From: Alphaproteobacteria bacterium
Lineage (GTDB): Bacteria > Pseudomonadota > Alphaproteobacteria > Bin95
NCBI GenBank assembly: GCA_963665325.3
Contig: CAXXWS020000001.1
Coordinates: 32,001-96,000, forward strand
DNA length: 64,000 nt
Reading direction: 5' to 3'
Positions 18,541 to 27,721 of this stretch are shown here, piece after piece. The position numbers and the translations under genes are program-made. Every line of letters begins with the position of its first letter. Position 1 is the first letter of the stretch. The notes under the pieces were generated by a model. It saw only the letters and a program-made list of their open reading frames with translations, had not been told where the DNA came from and did not search any database.

Positions 18541-18812
18541 CTAGCCCGCATTTCTCACCAGGGTCACGGCCTGCGTCGCTGTCCAGGCGTTCGCTCCGCA
18601 AGGAGCGGGCCGAAAAGCGTAGCGGTGCCTACGGTTGAGGCCCGCGACGCCGCGGGCGGACGCCTGGGCGCGACCCGAAGGGCGGTGCTGTCGGGCCGAC
18701 AGGGTGCGTCGAGCCGCTTGCCCGATGCCCCGCATCGCGCTGCACGGCTCTCCTACCCTGCCGGCCCGACAGCACCGCGCAGACCATGACCCTGGTGAGA
18801 AATGCGGGCTAG
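18541..18812. mobile_element. 272-bp MITE with ~35-bp terminal inverted repeats beginning and ending in CTAG
   Basis: Left CTAGCCCGCATTTCTCACCAGGGTCACGGCCTGCG vs reverse complement of right end CTAGCCCGCATTTCTCACCAGGGTCATGGTCTGCG; internal hairpins; no credible ORF. Confidence 0.85.
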
Positions 18813-21181
18813 GCCCGAACCCGGGACTTCGTCGGATCGTAGAAGGGGAAGGGCACCACCCGGGCAGGGATGCGTTTCTGGTGGCCGTCGAGCTTGCCGA
18901 CTTCGACCGTCGTTCCTTCCGTCGATGCCGTCACGTCCATCCGGCACAGCGCGATATTCTTGCGCAGGATGGGTGAGCGCATGCCGCTCGTGATGACACC
19001 GACCTGGGCACGGCCGATATGCACGCAGTCGCCGTGCGCAGCCGCCTCCTGCCCTTCCAGTTCCAGACCGACCAGCTTGCGCTGCGGCGATTCCTTGCGC
19101 CGGATCAGGGCTTCCCGCCCTATAAAGTCATCCTCCTTCGTCTTTAGTGGCACGGTGAAGCCGATACCGGCCTCGAAGGGGTCGGTCTGATCGTCGAACT
19201 CGTGGTTGGCGAAAACCAGGCCGGCCTCGATCCGCACCATGTCGAGCGCTTCCAGACCGAAGGGCGAGAGCCCATGCGGTTCGCCGGCCGCCCAGATGGC
19301 GTCCCACACGCCCGCGGCGTCACGCGGATGGCACCATACCTCGAACCCAAGCTCGCCGGTATAGCCGGTGCGGGAGACAACGATCGGGATCCCGGCATGA
19401 TCGCCGATCCGTCCGATCGCAAACCGGAACCAGCCGAGCTCCTCGATCGAGGGCTGGGCGGGGGGCGTCCACACGACCTCCTTCAGGATGTCCCGGCTCT
19501 TGGGACCCTGGACGGCCACGTTATGCAGCTGGTCGGTAGAAGAGCGAACCCAGACATTGAGGCCCAGCTTTCCGGCCTGCTCGCGCATCCATTCACCACC
19601 ATAGTCGGAGCCCCCGATCCAGCGGAAATTGTCGTCGCCGAGGCGGAAGGCGGTGCCGTCGTCGATCATGCCGCCGGTCTCGTAGCACATGGCGGAATAG
19701 ACCACTTGGCCGGTCGCCAGCCGGCGCATGTTCCGGGTGAGCACCCATTGCAACAGGCGTTCGGCATCCGGCCCCAGCACCTCGAATTTCCGCAGCGGCG
19801 ACAGGTCCATGATGACCGCCCGCTCGCGACACGCCCAGTATTCGTCCAGCGCGCCCCGGTTGGTGAAACTGTTGGCTAGCCAGTAGCCGTTATATTCGGT
19901 GAAGTTCCGCGTGTGTGTGGAAAACCGGGCATGGAAACCGGTTTCCTTGGTCAGCTTGGGATCGGCGTCGGGAGTCATACGAAAAGCCACCGCTTTGGAA
20001 AACAGGTTCTCGCGCGGGTAGACCCGCACATGGATGTCGGTCGGGTTCCAGCCATTGGCTGCGTCGATATCGTCCGGACAGGCGGACGATACGCAGACCA
20101 AGTCGGTCAAGGCCTGCAACAGCACGTAGTCGCCTGGCCGAGACCAGGGATTGTCGTGGAATCCCTGGTTGGCATCGTCGAACCCGGTGTTGAAGAAAAA
20201 GTTCAGCGCCATCCAGCCGCGCCGCGGCGCAACCCCGAACGGCGCCAGCACCCGGTTGAAGTTGTCGGTGCAGTTGACGTGGCCGGGATATCCCGTGTCG
20301 TCGTAGTACTTTGCCGTGCAGGCATACAGGAAACTGTCGTGGCGACCGCAGGTGTCGCGGATGACTTCGACCATCGGCTGGAGATCCTGGTCGAAGCATT
20401 TCGACAGCAGGCCCGGCGCCGGATAGGCGCTGCCCATCAAGGTGCGGGTGGCCGTCGCGTCCAGGCAGAGTTCGTGCCCTCCGTCCAGACCGGCGGCGGT
20501 GAAGGCTTGGAAGTCGGAACACTGCCGACCCTGCACGTCGATGATCTGGATGAACTCTCCGGCCTTGACCTCGTAGGCCTCGGCCGTACTGGCGGCGATG
20601 CGCAGGTCGAGACCCGGATCGGTCAGGGGCTCCGGTACCGGGTGCTCGGTGTGCGCAACCGGGTTGGTATGGGTCACGAAAATCTCGATGCGGGTCGGCG
20701 GGTCCTGCCGGTCGACGCGCATGGCGGGTCCCGGCGCCGCGACGAAACACACCAGCGGCCGCTCGGCGACGAACATTGCCTCATCGCCCGGGCGCGACTC
20801 GCCGCCAAGAACGTCGATGGACCGCGCCGCGGCGATATCGAGGCCGCGTCGCTGCAGGGAACCGGCGAGCGACCGGGCGGCCTCGTCATTGCTGCCCAGT
20901 ATCGCCTTCAGGCCCTCGGCGGTTCCGTTCGACGCGGCGCCCAGCGCCTCCGTGTCCGCGGAGCCGCTTGGCGCGAATGCAGCGATCTGAGCGGCCTGTC
21001 GCCCTTCCCGGTCGCGAACCGTGACGCTGTCGCCCGGCTCAAGTGAAAATACGGTCGCGCCACCGCCCTCGGCGACATACCGCTCGACCCCGAAGCCCAG
21101 GGTGGGCACACCGGGAAGCAGCACGGCGCCGGCGGTCGAGGGCCGTTGCGCGAGTGCCGGTATGCGTGTCTCGTCGGTCAT
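18809..21181 (-). CDS. tdm: Trimethylamine N-oxide demethylase (DUF1989 + GcvT)
   Basis: DUF1989 with Zn-type Cys (YACTAKYY, HVNCTDN, SSACPDD) fused to GcvT (DLSPLRKFEV, SRTGYTGELGFE, VRIEAGL); ATGA overlap with the permease. Confidence 0.93.
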   Translation of the reverse strand: MTDETRIPALAQRPSTAGAVLLPGVPTLGFGVERYVAEGGGATVFSLEPGDSVTVRDREGRQAAQIAAFAPSGSADTEALGAASNGTAEGLKAILGSNDEAARSLAGSLQRRGLDIAAARSIDVLGGESRPGDEAMFVAERPLVCFVAAPGPAMRVDRQDPPTRIEIFVTHTNPVAHTEHPVPEPLTDPGLDLRIAASTAEAYEVKAGEFIQIIDVQGRQCSDFQAFTAAGLDGGHELCLDATATRTLMGSAYPAPGLLSKCFDQDLQPMVEVIRDTCGRHDSFLYACTAKYYDDTGYPGHVNCTDNFNRVLAPFGVAPRRGWMALNFFFNTGFDDANQGFHDNPWSRPGDYVLLQALTDLVCVSSACPDDIDAANGWNPTDIHVRVYPRENLFSKAVAFRMTPDADPKLTKETGFHARFSTHTRNFTEYNGYWLANSFTNRGALDEYWACRERAVIMDLSPLRKFEVLGPDAERLLQWVLTRNMRRLATGQVVYSAMCYETGGMIDDGTAFRLGDDNFRWIGGSDYGGEWMREQAGKLGLNVWVRSSTDQLHNVAVQGPKSRDILKEVVWTPPAQPSIEELGWFRFAIGRIGDHAGIPIVVSRTGYTGELGFEVWCHPRDAAGVWDAIWAAGEPHGLSPFGLEALDMVRIEAGLVFANHEFDDQTDPFEAGIGFTVPLKTKEDDFIGREALIRRKESPQRKLVGLELEGQEAAAHGDCVHIGRAQVGVITSGMRSPILRKNIALCRMDVTASTEGTTVEVGKLDGHQKRIPARVVPFPFYDPTKSRVRA

Positions 21182-23172
21182 TCCAGCCCCAACACTTTCT
21201 TGCGTTCCCGGGCCCAGGCGTTGATCAGCTGATCGGCGATCAGGCCCAGGAAGGCGATGCACAGCCCGACGACCAGAGACTGGCCGGCATTGTTATCGGC
21301 CTTGGACCGGAAAATCTCCTGGCCGAGATCCGTGGTGCCGATGAAGGCGGCGATCACCACCATGAACAGCGCGTACATGATCGTCTGGTTGATGCCCAGC
21401 ATGATCGCCGGGAAGGCGAGCGGCATGCGCACCTTCCACAACACTTGGCGCGGCGTGCAGCCCGACGTGATTGCCGCCTCGACAATCTCGTGCGGCACTG
21501 TCCGCAACCCGAAGATCGTCAACCGGGTCGTCGGGATCGTCGCGTAGATCACGATCGCCATGATGGCAGCGAAGTCGTTGACGCTGAACAGCATGATCGC
21601 CGGGATGAGGTAGATGAAGGACGGGAAGGTCTGGAAGGTGTCCAGGATCAGCTCCACAACCCTCGTTCGCCTGGGCCCGGCCGCCGCCCAGATGCCGACG
21701 ATGGACCCGAAGATCACGCAGACGACCACGGCGAAGCTGACCATGTAGGCGGTGATCAACGTCCGCTCCCAATAGCCGGCGAAGGCGAGATAGAGGACAA
21801 ACAGCGCCTGGATGCCGGCGACCTGCCAGCCGCCGTAATACCATCCGAGCGTGACCGCGAAGACCAGCAGCGCCGACCAGGGAAGCATCAGGTACAGGTC
21901 GCGCATCGGGATCAGGACATGGACAAGAAGCGTGTCCTTGATCAGCTCCAGATAGTCGAAGGCGTAGATGATGATGTCGTCGATCAGCGCGTCCCACAGC
22001 GGCGCGGTGGTGATCGACAGCGATTTCGGCCAGAGCTGCAGCGCGGGAATGAACGCCGCCAGAATATAGGAGACGGCGACGACCGCGGCGCCGGCGGTAA
22101 GGAAGGGATGGCGGACGTGGAACGGCCCTTCCCGCATACGCTCCGGTTCCTTGCGCGCCCAGGCCTGGCTCAGCCGGTCGAGGATGATCGCCATGAACAC
22201 GATCACCACGCCGATCTCCAGCGCTTGGCCGATCCACAGCGAACGCAGCCGGTTCAGGAGATCGTGCCCCAGCCCCTTGGCGCCGACGAAGGATGCGAGG
22301 ACGACCATCGCCAGACACAGCATGATGACCTGATTGACGCCGACCATCAGGGTCGGCCGCGCCGCCGGCAGTTCGACCTTCCACAGCATCTGGCGCCTGG
22401 TGCAGCCGGCCATGATGCCGGCCTCCCGCACCTCCGGCGACACCCCCTTCAGCCCCAGAAGGGTCAGCCGCGCCATCACCGGGAAGGCGAAGATGATGGT
22501 GGCGATCGTGCCGGCTTTGTGGCCGATGCCGATGAAGATGGCGACCGGGATCATGTATGAGAAGTGCGGCAGCGCCTGCATGACGTTCAGGATCGGCCAC
22601 AGCAGTGCCTCGAACCAGCGCGTCTTGTAGGCCATGATGCCGAGCACTACCCCGATCGCGCCGGCAATCGGTGCTGCCACCAGGACCACCGACAGGGTAA
22701 CCATCGACAGTTCCCATTTGCCGAAGATCGCCATATAGGCGAAGCAGAACCCGGCGATGATTCCGAGCTGGCGGCCCTGCAGATGCCAGCCGAGGACGAC
22801 CGCCAGCCCGGTCACCGCTATCCAGGGCAGTCCCGGAACCGACTCTGAGAAACCGGCGACCAGAACGGCCTCGACGAAATCCAGCGGGAAATCGATCAGG
22901 TTGGCTATGGCCCGGGTCATGTCCCGGAAGGTGAGGAGGCCGAATATCTCCTCCTTTCGCAGGACTTCAACCGCTGCGTTAATCCACCCGACGAACGGCG
23001 CCGACCACTCCTGCGGGACGATTCTCAGCCAGTCAGGCAGAAACGGGCCGATCAACAGGACGAACACGGCCGGCGCCAGCAGGAAGACCGCGACGCGGAG
23101 ACCGGATTGCCCTGCGCCAACGACCCAGCGGCGGACCGTGAGTTCGCCGCTCAGGACCGCTGCTTCAGCCAC
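21178..23172 (-). CDS. tmoV: TMAO ABC transporter permease (two fused ProW-like domains)
   Basis: Two EAA loops (EVREAGIMAGCT, EIVEAAITSGCT), MQALPHFSYMIP and FQTFPSFIYLIP, GVNQ/GINQ. Confidence 0.85.
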   Translation of the reverse strand: MAEAAVLSGELTVRRWVVGAGQSGLRVAVFLLAPAVFVLLIGPFLPDWLRIVPQEWSAPFVGWINAAVEVLRKEEIFGLLTFRDMTRAIANLIDFPLDFVEAVLVAGFSESVPGLPWIAVTGLAVVLGWHLQGRQLGIIAGFCFAYMAIFGKWELSMVTLSVVLVAAPIAGAIGVVLGIMAYKTRWFEALLWPILNVMQALPHFSYMIPVAIFIGIGHKAGTIATIIFAFPVMARLTLLGLKGVSPEVREAGIMAGCTRRQMLWKVELPAARPTLMVGVNQVIMLCLAMVVLASFVGAKGLGHDLLNRLRSLWIGQALEIGVVIVFMAIILDRLSQAWARKEPERMREGPFHVRHPFLTAGAAVVAVSYILAAFIPALQLWPKSLSITTAPLWDALIDDIIIYAFDYLELIKDTLLVHVLIPMRDLYLMLPWSALLVFAVTLGWYYGGWQVAGIQALFVLYLAFAGYWERTLITAYMVSFAVVVCVIFGSIVGIWAAAGPRRTRVVELILDTFQTFPSFIYLIPAIMLFSVNDFAAIMAIVIYATIPTTRLTIFGLRTVPHEIVEAAITSGCTPRQVLWKVRMPLAFPAIMLGINQTIMYALFMVVIAAFIGTTDLGQEIFRSKADNNAGQSLVVGLCIAFLGLIADQLINAWARERKKVLGLE

Positions 23173-24214
23173 CGGAGTCCGGCTCCCGGGAGAACAGCAC
23201 ATCGAGGATGCGGGTACGGCTCACCACCCCGACGATCCGGTCGCTGTCGTCGGCGACCTGCAGGGGACGCTCGCTGTCGACGATCATCCGCGCGACGTCG
23301 GCCACCTTGTCGGTCTGGCGCACCGTGCGATCCGACACTGGCTGTCCCTCCGCCGGCGCTTGCATGACCGAGGCGATTGTCAGCAGCTTTTCGCGGGCGA
23401 CGTCGCGGGTGAAGTTGGCGACATAGCCGTCGGCGGGCCGTGTCACCAGTTCTTCCGGTGTGCCGATCTGCACGATCCGGCCTTCGTTCATGATCGCGAT
23501 GCGGTCGGCAAGCCGGATCGCTTCGTCGAAATCGTGGGTGATGAACGCAATCGTTTTCTGCAGCATCGTTTGCAGGCGCAGGAACTCGTCCTGCATTTCG
23601 CGCCGGATCAGCGGGTCGAGCGCCGAGAAGGGTTCGTCGAGAAACCAGACATCCGGCTCGACCGCCAGCGACCTCGCGATGCCGACACGCTGCTGCTGGC
23701 CGCCCGACAGCTCGCGCGGATAGTAGCGGTCGCGCCCTTTGAGCCCGACCAGCTCGATGATCTCCAGCGCCCGCTTCTCCCGCGTCGTGCGGTCGACGCC
23801 CTGCACCTCCAGCGGGAAAGCGACATTCTGCAATACCGTCCGGTGGGGCAGCAGGGCGAAATGCTGGAACACCATCCCCATCTTGTGACGGCGGATTTCG
23901 ATCAGCTCCCGGGCGGGAATCTTCAGCAGGTCCTGGCCGTCGAACAGCACTTCGCCGGCGGTCGGTTCGATCAGTCGGGACAGGCAGCGCACCAGCGTCG
24001 ACTTGCCGGAGCCGCTGAGCCCCATGATGACGAGGATTTCGCCGGGAAAGACCTCCAGGCTGGCATGGCGCACGGCGGGAATGTAGCCATCGGCCTCAAT
24101 GGCGCCGTCCGGAGGATCGCCGCCATGCGCGGCAAGAAAACCTTCTGGGTCCCTGCCGTACAGCTTCCAGATGCTTCGGCAGGCGATCTTGGCGTCCAAA
24201 ATCTTCCTCTCCAT
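23165..24214 (-). CDS. tmoW: TMAO ABC transporter ATP-binding subunit (ProV-like, CBS tail)
   Basis: MGLSGSGKST, LSGGQQQRV, LDEPFSALDPLIRREMQDE, ITHD. Confidence 0.88.
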   Translation of the reverse strand: MERKILDAKIACRSIWKLYGRDPEGFLAAHGGDPPDGAIEADGYIPAVRHASLEVFPGEILVIMGLSGSGKSTLVRCLSRLIEPTAGEVLFDGQDLLKIPARELIEIRRHKMGMVFQHFALLPHRTVLQNVAFPLEVQGVDRTTREKRALEIIELVGLKGRDRYYPRELSGGQQQRVGIARSLAVEPDVWFLDEPFSALDPLIRREMQDEFLRLQTMLQKTIAFITHDFDEAIRLADRIAIMNEGRIVQIGTPEELVTRPADGYVANFTRDVAREKLLTIASVMQAPAEGQPVSDRTVRQTDKVADVARMIVDSERPLQVADDSDRIVGVVSRTRILDVLFSREPDSGG

Positions 24215-24297
24215 TCGGCCGCCCCGAAGCGGGAGGATCACGGTACGACTTTTTCCCGGATCGGGAAACGCCGTACCGTCCCCGGCCCGGAACGATA

Positions 24298-24428
24298 ACG
24301 CCATTACGAACCATTACCAACCATTTATCACTGTTGCTGACCTCTATAATCGGTTGACAGCTTGTATTTGAGGTGAATGATGGATCAAGAGCGTCGACGA
24401 GCCCGCACAATTGGTGCAAATTGGTTCG
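24298..24428. promoter_or_regulatory. Divergent tmoW/tmoX promoter with 10-bp-phased CCATT and AATTGGT repeats
   Basis: CCATT at 24301, 24311, 24321; AATTGGT at 24409 and 24419; TTGACA at 24354. Confidence 0.6.
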
Positions 24429-24455
24429 ACGCCAAACGACCGAGGGAGAATCCTG

Positions 24456-25400
24456 ATGCGAAAGATGGCGAAAGCGGCCGGTGCGGCCGTATTGCTGATC
24501 GCAGGCGCCCAGGCCGCCACGGCCGAAACGATCAACATTCCACTCCACAACTGGTCGAGCCAGCTTGTGGGCGCCCGTATCGTGGGCAACATGCTGGAGA
24601 TGGTGGGCGAGAAGGTCGCCTATGTGTCGGCGGACAGCCAGGTGGTCTACACCTCGATGTGCGAAGGCGACATCCACCTCGTGCACGAGGTTTGGCAGGG
24701 CGCATTCGGCGTCAGCTACGAGAAGCAGCTGAATGCGGGCTGCGTGGTCACGGCGGCGACCCATGAGGCCAAGACCCGCGAGGAATGGTGGTATCCCGAC
24801 TATGTCGAGGAGGCCTGCCCCGGCCTGCCCGACTGGGAGGCGCTGAACAAGTGCGCCGAGATGTTCGCGACAGCCGCGACCAAGCCGCAGGGCCGCTTCC
24901 TTGCCGGTCCCGTGGACTGGCTGAAGCACGACCAGGAGCGCGTCGACGGGCTTGGAATGAACTTCAAGGTGGTGAACGCGGGCTCGGCCGCCGCGCTCTG
25001 GGCGGAGTTGAAATCGGCCAGCAAGCGCAAGGCGCCGATCGTGCTGTTCAACTGGACGCCGAACTTCATCGAGGCCCTGTACGAGGGCAAGTTCGTGGAG
25101 TTCCCGACCTATGATGAGGCTTGCCGCAAAGATCCTGCATGGGGCCTGAACCCTGACAAGGCTTATGACTGCGGCAACCCGAAGGACGGCTATCTGAAGC
25201 TTGGCGTGTGGAAGGGCTTCGCCGAGAAATGGCCGAAGGCCTACAAGGTGCTGCAGAAGATGAGCTTCTCGAACCTCGACATCGCCGTCATGGCCAAGCT
25301 GGTCGACGTCGACAAGATGGAGGCGGATGCCGCAGCGGCCAAATGGATGGAAGACAACAAGGCCAAATGGGAGCCTTGGGTGGCTGCGGCCACGATGTAA
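24456..25400 (+). CDS. tmoX: TMAO ABC transporter substrate-binding protein
   Basis: Signal peptide; IPLHNWSSQ, EVWQGAFG, TREEWWYP, ACPGLPDW, GPVDWLKH, NAGSAAALWAE, FNWTPNF match recalled TmoX motifs. Confidence 0.9.
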   Translation: MRKMAKAAGAAVLLIAGAQAATAETINIPLHNWSSQLVGARIVGNMLEMVGEKVAYVSADSQVVYTSMCEGDIHLVHEVWQGAFGVSYEKQLNAGCVVTAATHEAKTREEWWYPDYVEEACPGLPDWEALNKCAEMFATAATKPQGRFLAGPVDWLKHDQERVDGLGMNFKVVNAGSAAALWAELKSASKRKAPIVLFNWTPNFIEALYEGKFVEFPTYDEACRKDPAWGLNPDKAYDCGNPKDGYLKLGVWKGFAEKWPKAYKVLQKMSFSNLDIAVMAKLVDVDKMEADAAAAKWMEDNKAKWEPWVAAATM

Positions 25401-25430
25401 ATTCGGGCCGGAAGCTCGATACCGCGATCG

Positions 25431-25460
25431 GGGCCCGCCAGCGATGGCGGGCCCTTTTCT
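25431..25460 (+). terminator. Intrinsic terminator after tmoX
   Basis: GGGCCCGCCA-gcga-TGGCGGGCCC-TTTT. Confidence 0.8.
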
Positions 25461-25490
25461 TGCGCGTTTCAACCGACAGGGCACTGGATC

Positions 25491-26942
25491 ATGACGGTAC
25501 TGCTGGAAACTCGGGCCGATCTCACGCTCGAAACCGCCCGGCGGGTAGCCTGGGATGGCGAAGGTGTCGAACTCGGCGCCACGGCCCTCGCGGCGATGCA
25601 GCAGGGGCGGGATCGGCTGGAACGCATTCTCGACCATGACCCCGAGGTCACGATCTATGGCGTGACGACCGGTTACGGCCAGTTCGCCCGCAAGCGGCTC
25701 ACGCCGGAGGAGCGCGAACAGTGGGCCGGCATGTCACCGGCCCGCATCGCCGCGTCGTGGGGCGATCCGCTGCCCGAACGCGTCGTGCGCGCCATCGTCC
25801 TGGCGCGCCTGGCCAACTTCGTGGAAGGACATGCTGCGATATCGCCGGAAGTCGCCCTGGGTGTCGCTGCCATGCTGGACGGGGACAGCTTGCCGGCCGT
25901 CCCGGCGCAGGGTCAGGGTGGGGCGGGCGAGATCCTCTCGCTGAGCCACCTGTTTACCGGTCTGGCGGAAAGGATGAAACCCGCGGCTAAGGACGTGTTG
26001 TGCCTGATCAATGGATCGCCGGCGGCCACGGGCCTTGTCGTCGACGCCGCGCTTGCCGCGGACAGGCGCTTCGATATGGCGGCGCGGGTCTTTGCGCTCT
26101 CCTTCGAGGCCTTCAACGCGCCGCTGGGCCATCTCGATCCCGCGCTGGACGGTTACTGGAACAACCCCCATGACAGCTGGGCGCTTCGGCGTCTTCGCGA
26201 ACTGGTGGGCGACGGTCACGGCGGAGAAAGGCGTCCCTATCAGGCGCCCGTAAGCTATCGCATCGTGCCGCGGATGCTGGGCCAGGCGCGGCGGGCAGCG
26301 GCCATGGCCGCGGAGGTCGCGGCCGAGTCGCTCCAGGCGGTGACGGACAACCCGGTATGGATCGATGCCGTCGACGGGGACCACCCCTTCGGTCGCTTCA
26401 TATCGACGGGCGGCTATCACAACCCCCATGCGGCGCTCGCCATGGACGCCCTGACCGCCGCCTGCGCCAATCTCTGCGTTCTTGCCGGACGTCAGGGCGC
26501 CAAGCTTCTGGACGGCGCCGTTTCGCTGCTTCCCGATCAGCTCACTGCCGGCGAACCCGGCGGCGAGGGCCGCCGGGCCCATATGGGAGGCCTGCCGATG
26601 GCCCAGACCGGATATGAAGAGGAAGCCCGTCTCTACGCCCAGCCGACATTGCTCCCCGGCGGGGAATCCGGCGGTTTCGGCCAGAACGACGTCGCCAGCC
26701 CCGTGTTCCTGGCGTGGTCCAAGCAGGACCGCGCCGGGCGGTGTCTCGACATGGCGCTCGCCAGTCTCGTGCCGATCGCCCTGCGTGCGCTCGACGTCAC
26801 CGACCGTCCCGTTCCGCCGCGACTGGCCGGACTCGAGGCCGCAGTCCGGGAGATCGAGCCCGACTTTACGCGGCCCATGGCGTTGGGGCCCGTGGTGGCA
26901 TCGATTGCCGGGGCCCTGCGCCACGACATCTATCCGCAGTGA
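25491..26942 (+). CDS. Aromatic amino acid ammonia-lyase (HAL/PAL) family protein lacking the Ala-Ser-Gly MIO motif
   Basis: IYGVTTGYG, LINGS, TDNP retained; MIO loop reads GQGGAGEILSLSH instead of GSVGASGDLAPLAH. Confidence 0.85.
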   Translation: MTVLLETRADLTLETARRVAWDGEGVELGATALAAMQQGRDRLERILDHDPEVTIYGVTTGYGQFARKRLTPEEREQWAGMSPARIAASWGDPLPERVVRAIVLARLANFVEGHAAISPEVALGVAAMLDGDSLPAVPAQGQGGAGEILSLSHLFTGLAERMKPAAKDVLCLINGSPAATGLVVDAALAADRRFDMAARVFALSFEAFNAPLGHLDPALDGYWNNPHDSWALRRLRELVGDGHGGERRPYQAPVSYRIVPRMLGQARRAAAMAAEVAAESLQAVTDNPVWIDAVDGDHPFGRFISTGGYHNPHAALAMDALTAACANLCVLAGRQGAKLLDGAVSLLPDQLTAGEPGGEGRRAHMGGLPMAQTGYEEEARLYAQPTLLPGGESGGFGQNDVASPVFLAWSKQDRAGRCLDMALASLVPIALRALDVTDRPVPPRLAGLEAAVREIEPDFTRPMALGPVVASIAGALRHDIYPQ

Positions 26943-26966
26943 TGCGAACGAAGCGGCGCGGCCCCG

Positions 26967-27701
26967 CTACAGAAAATCCCGTTCGTGTACGATTGCCGTC
27001 AGATAGCCTGCGGCCAGAAGCCGGCGGGTGTCGGTCATCTCCAGCGGCTGCTCCCGGCGCCAGATGTCGAGCACATCGCGCGCACGGTTCCCGGCAGCGG
27101 CCTGGATCTTGGCGTCGTACAAAGCCATCCGGGCATCGTCCCCGGCGGCATCGGCCCGGCCGGACAGCACCCGCGCGATTTCGACGACTTCCGTGTTGTT
27201 CGGCCCGAACGCCTGCTCGCGTTCGGCGAGCGCGGCTGTGAGCAGGGCGTCGGCCGTTTCGTCGTCGTCCAGGAAAAGCCGGGCAATCGCGAGGTTGAAG
27301 CGGGTCAGGGCCGCCGCACCGGTCAGGAACTCGCGGTGCCGCGCACGCCGGACGTCGCCATAGGCCGCGACATGGCGCTGTTCCATGCGCTGGTGGAAAA
27401 GCGAACTGCGAGCCGCGGCGCTGACCGCCATGCTTTGCGTCCACTCCATCGCGGCGTCCCACGAGGCTAGCGCTGACGACAGGGCGGGGACCGCGCCGTT
27501 GTGGTCCTGATCGATCAGGAGGGCGAGCGCGCTGTTGTTCTCGCTGGCGGCCCGGCGCGGATCCCCCTCCGGAAAGCCCCGCGCCAAGGTGCCCGCCTGG
27601 CGCCACAGGTGGACCGCCTCCTCACGCCGCGCCGAGCGGTAAGCGTCGAGCGCCGCCGCTGAAAGGGCATCCCACTCCCATTCCGCCGTCACCTCGGCCA
27701 T
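26967..27701 (-). CDS. TPR-like all-helical hypothetical protein co-transcribed with tmm
   Basis: DPRRAASENNSALAL and LAEREQAFGPNNTEV resemble TPR helices; starts 20 bp after the tmm stop. Confidence 0.7.
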   Translation of the reverse strand: MAEVTAEWEWDALSAAALDAYRSARREEAVHLWRQAGTLARGFPEGDPRRAASENNSALALLIDQDHNGAVPALSSALASWDAAMEWTQSMAVSAAARSSLFHQRMEQRHVAAYGDVRRARHREFLTGAAALTRFNLAIARLFLDDDETADALLTAALAEREQAFGPNNTEVVEIARVLSGRADAAGDDARMALYDAKIQAAAGNRARDVLDIWRREQPLEMTDTRRLLAAGYLTAIVHERDFL

Positions 27702-27721
27702 GGCCGGGGGTCCGAACAGCG

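Noticed and set aside
25491-26942. Histidine ammonia-lyase HutH
   Set aside because: No Ala-Ser-Gly MIO motif and no hutU/hutI nearby.
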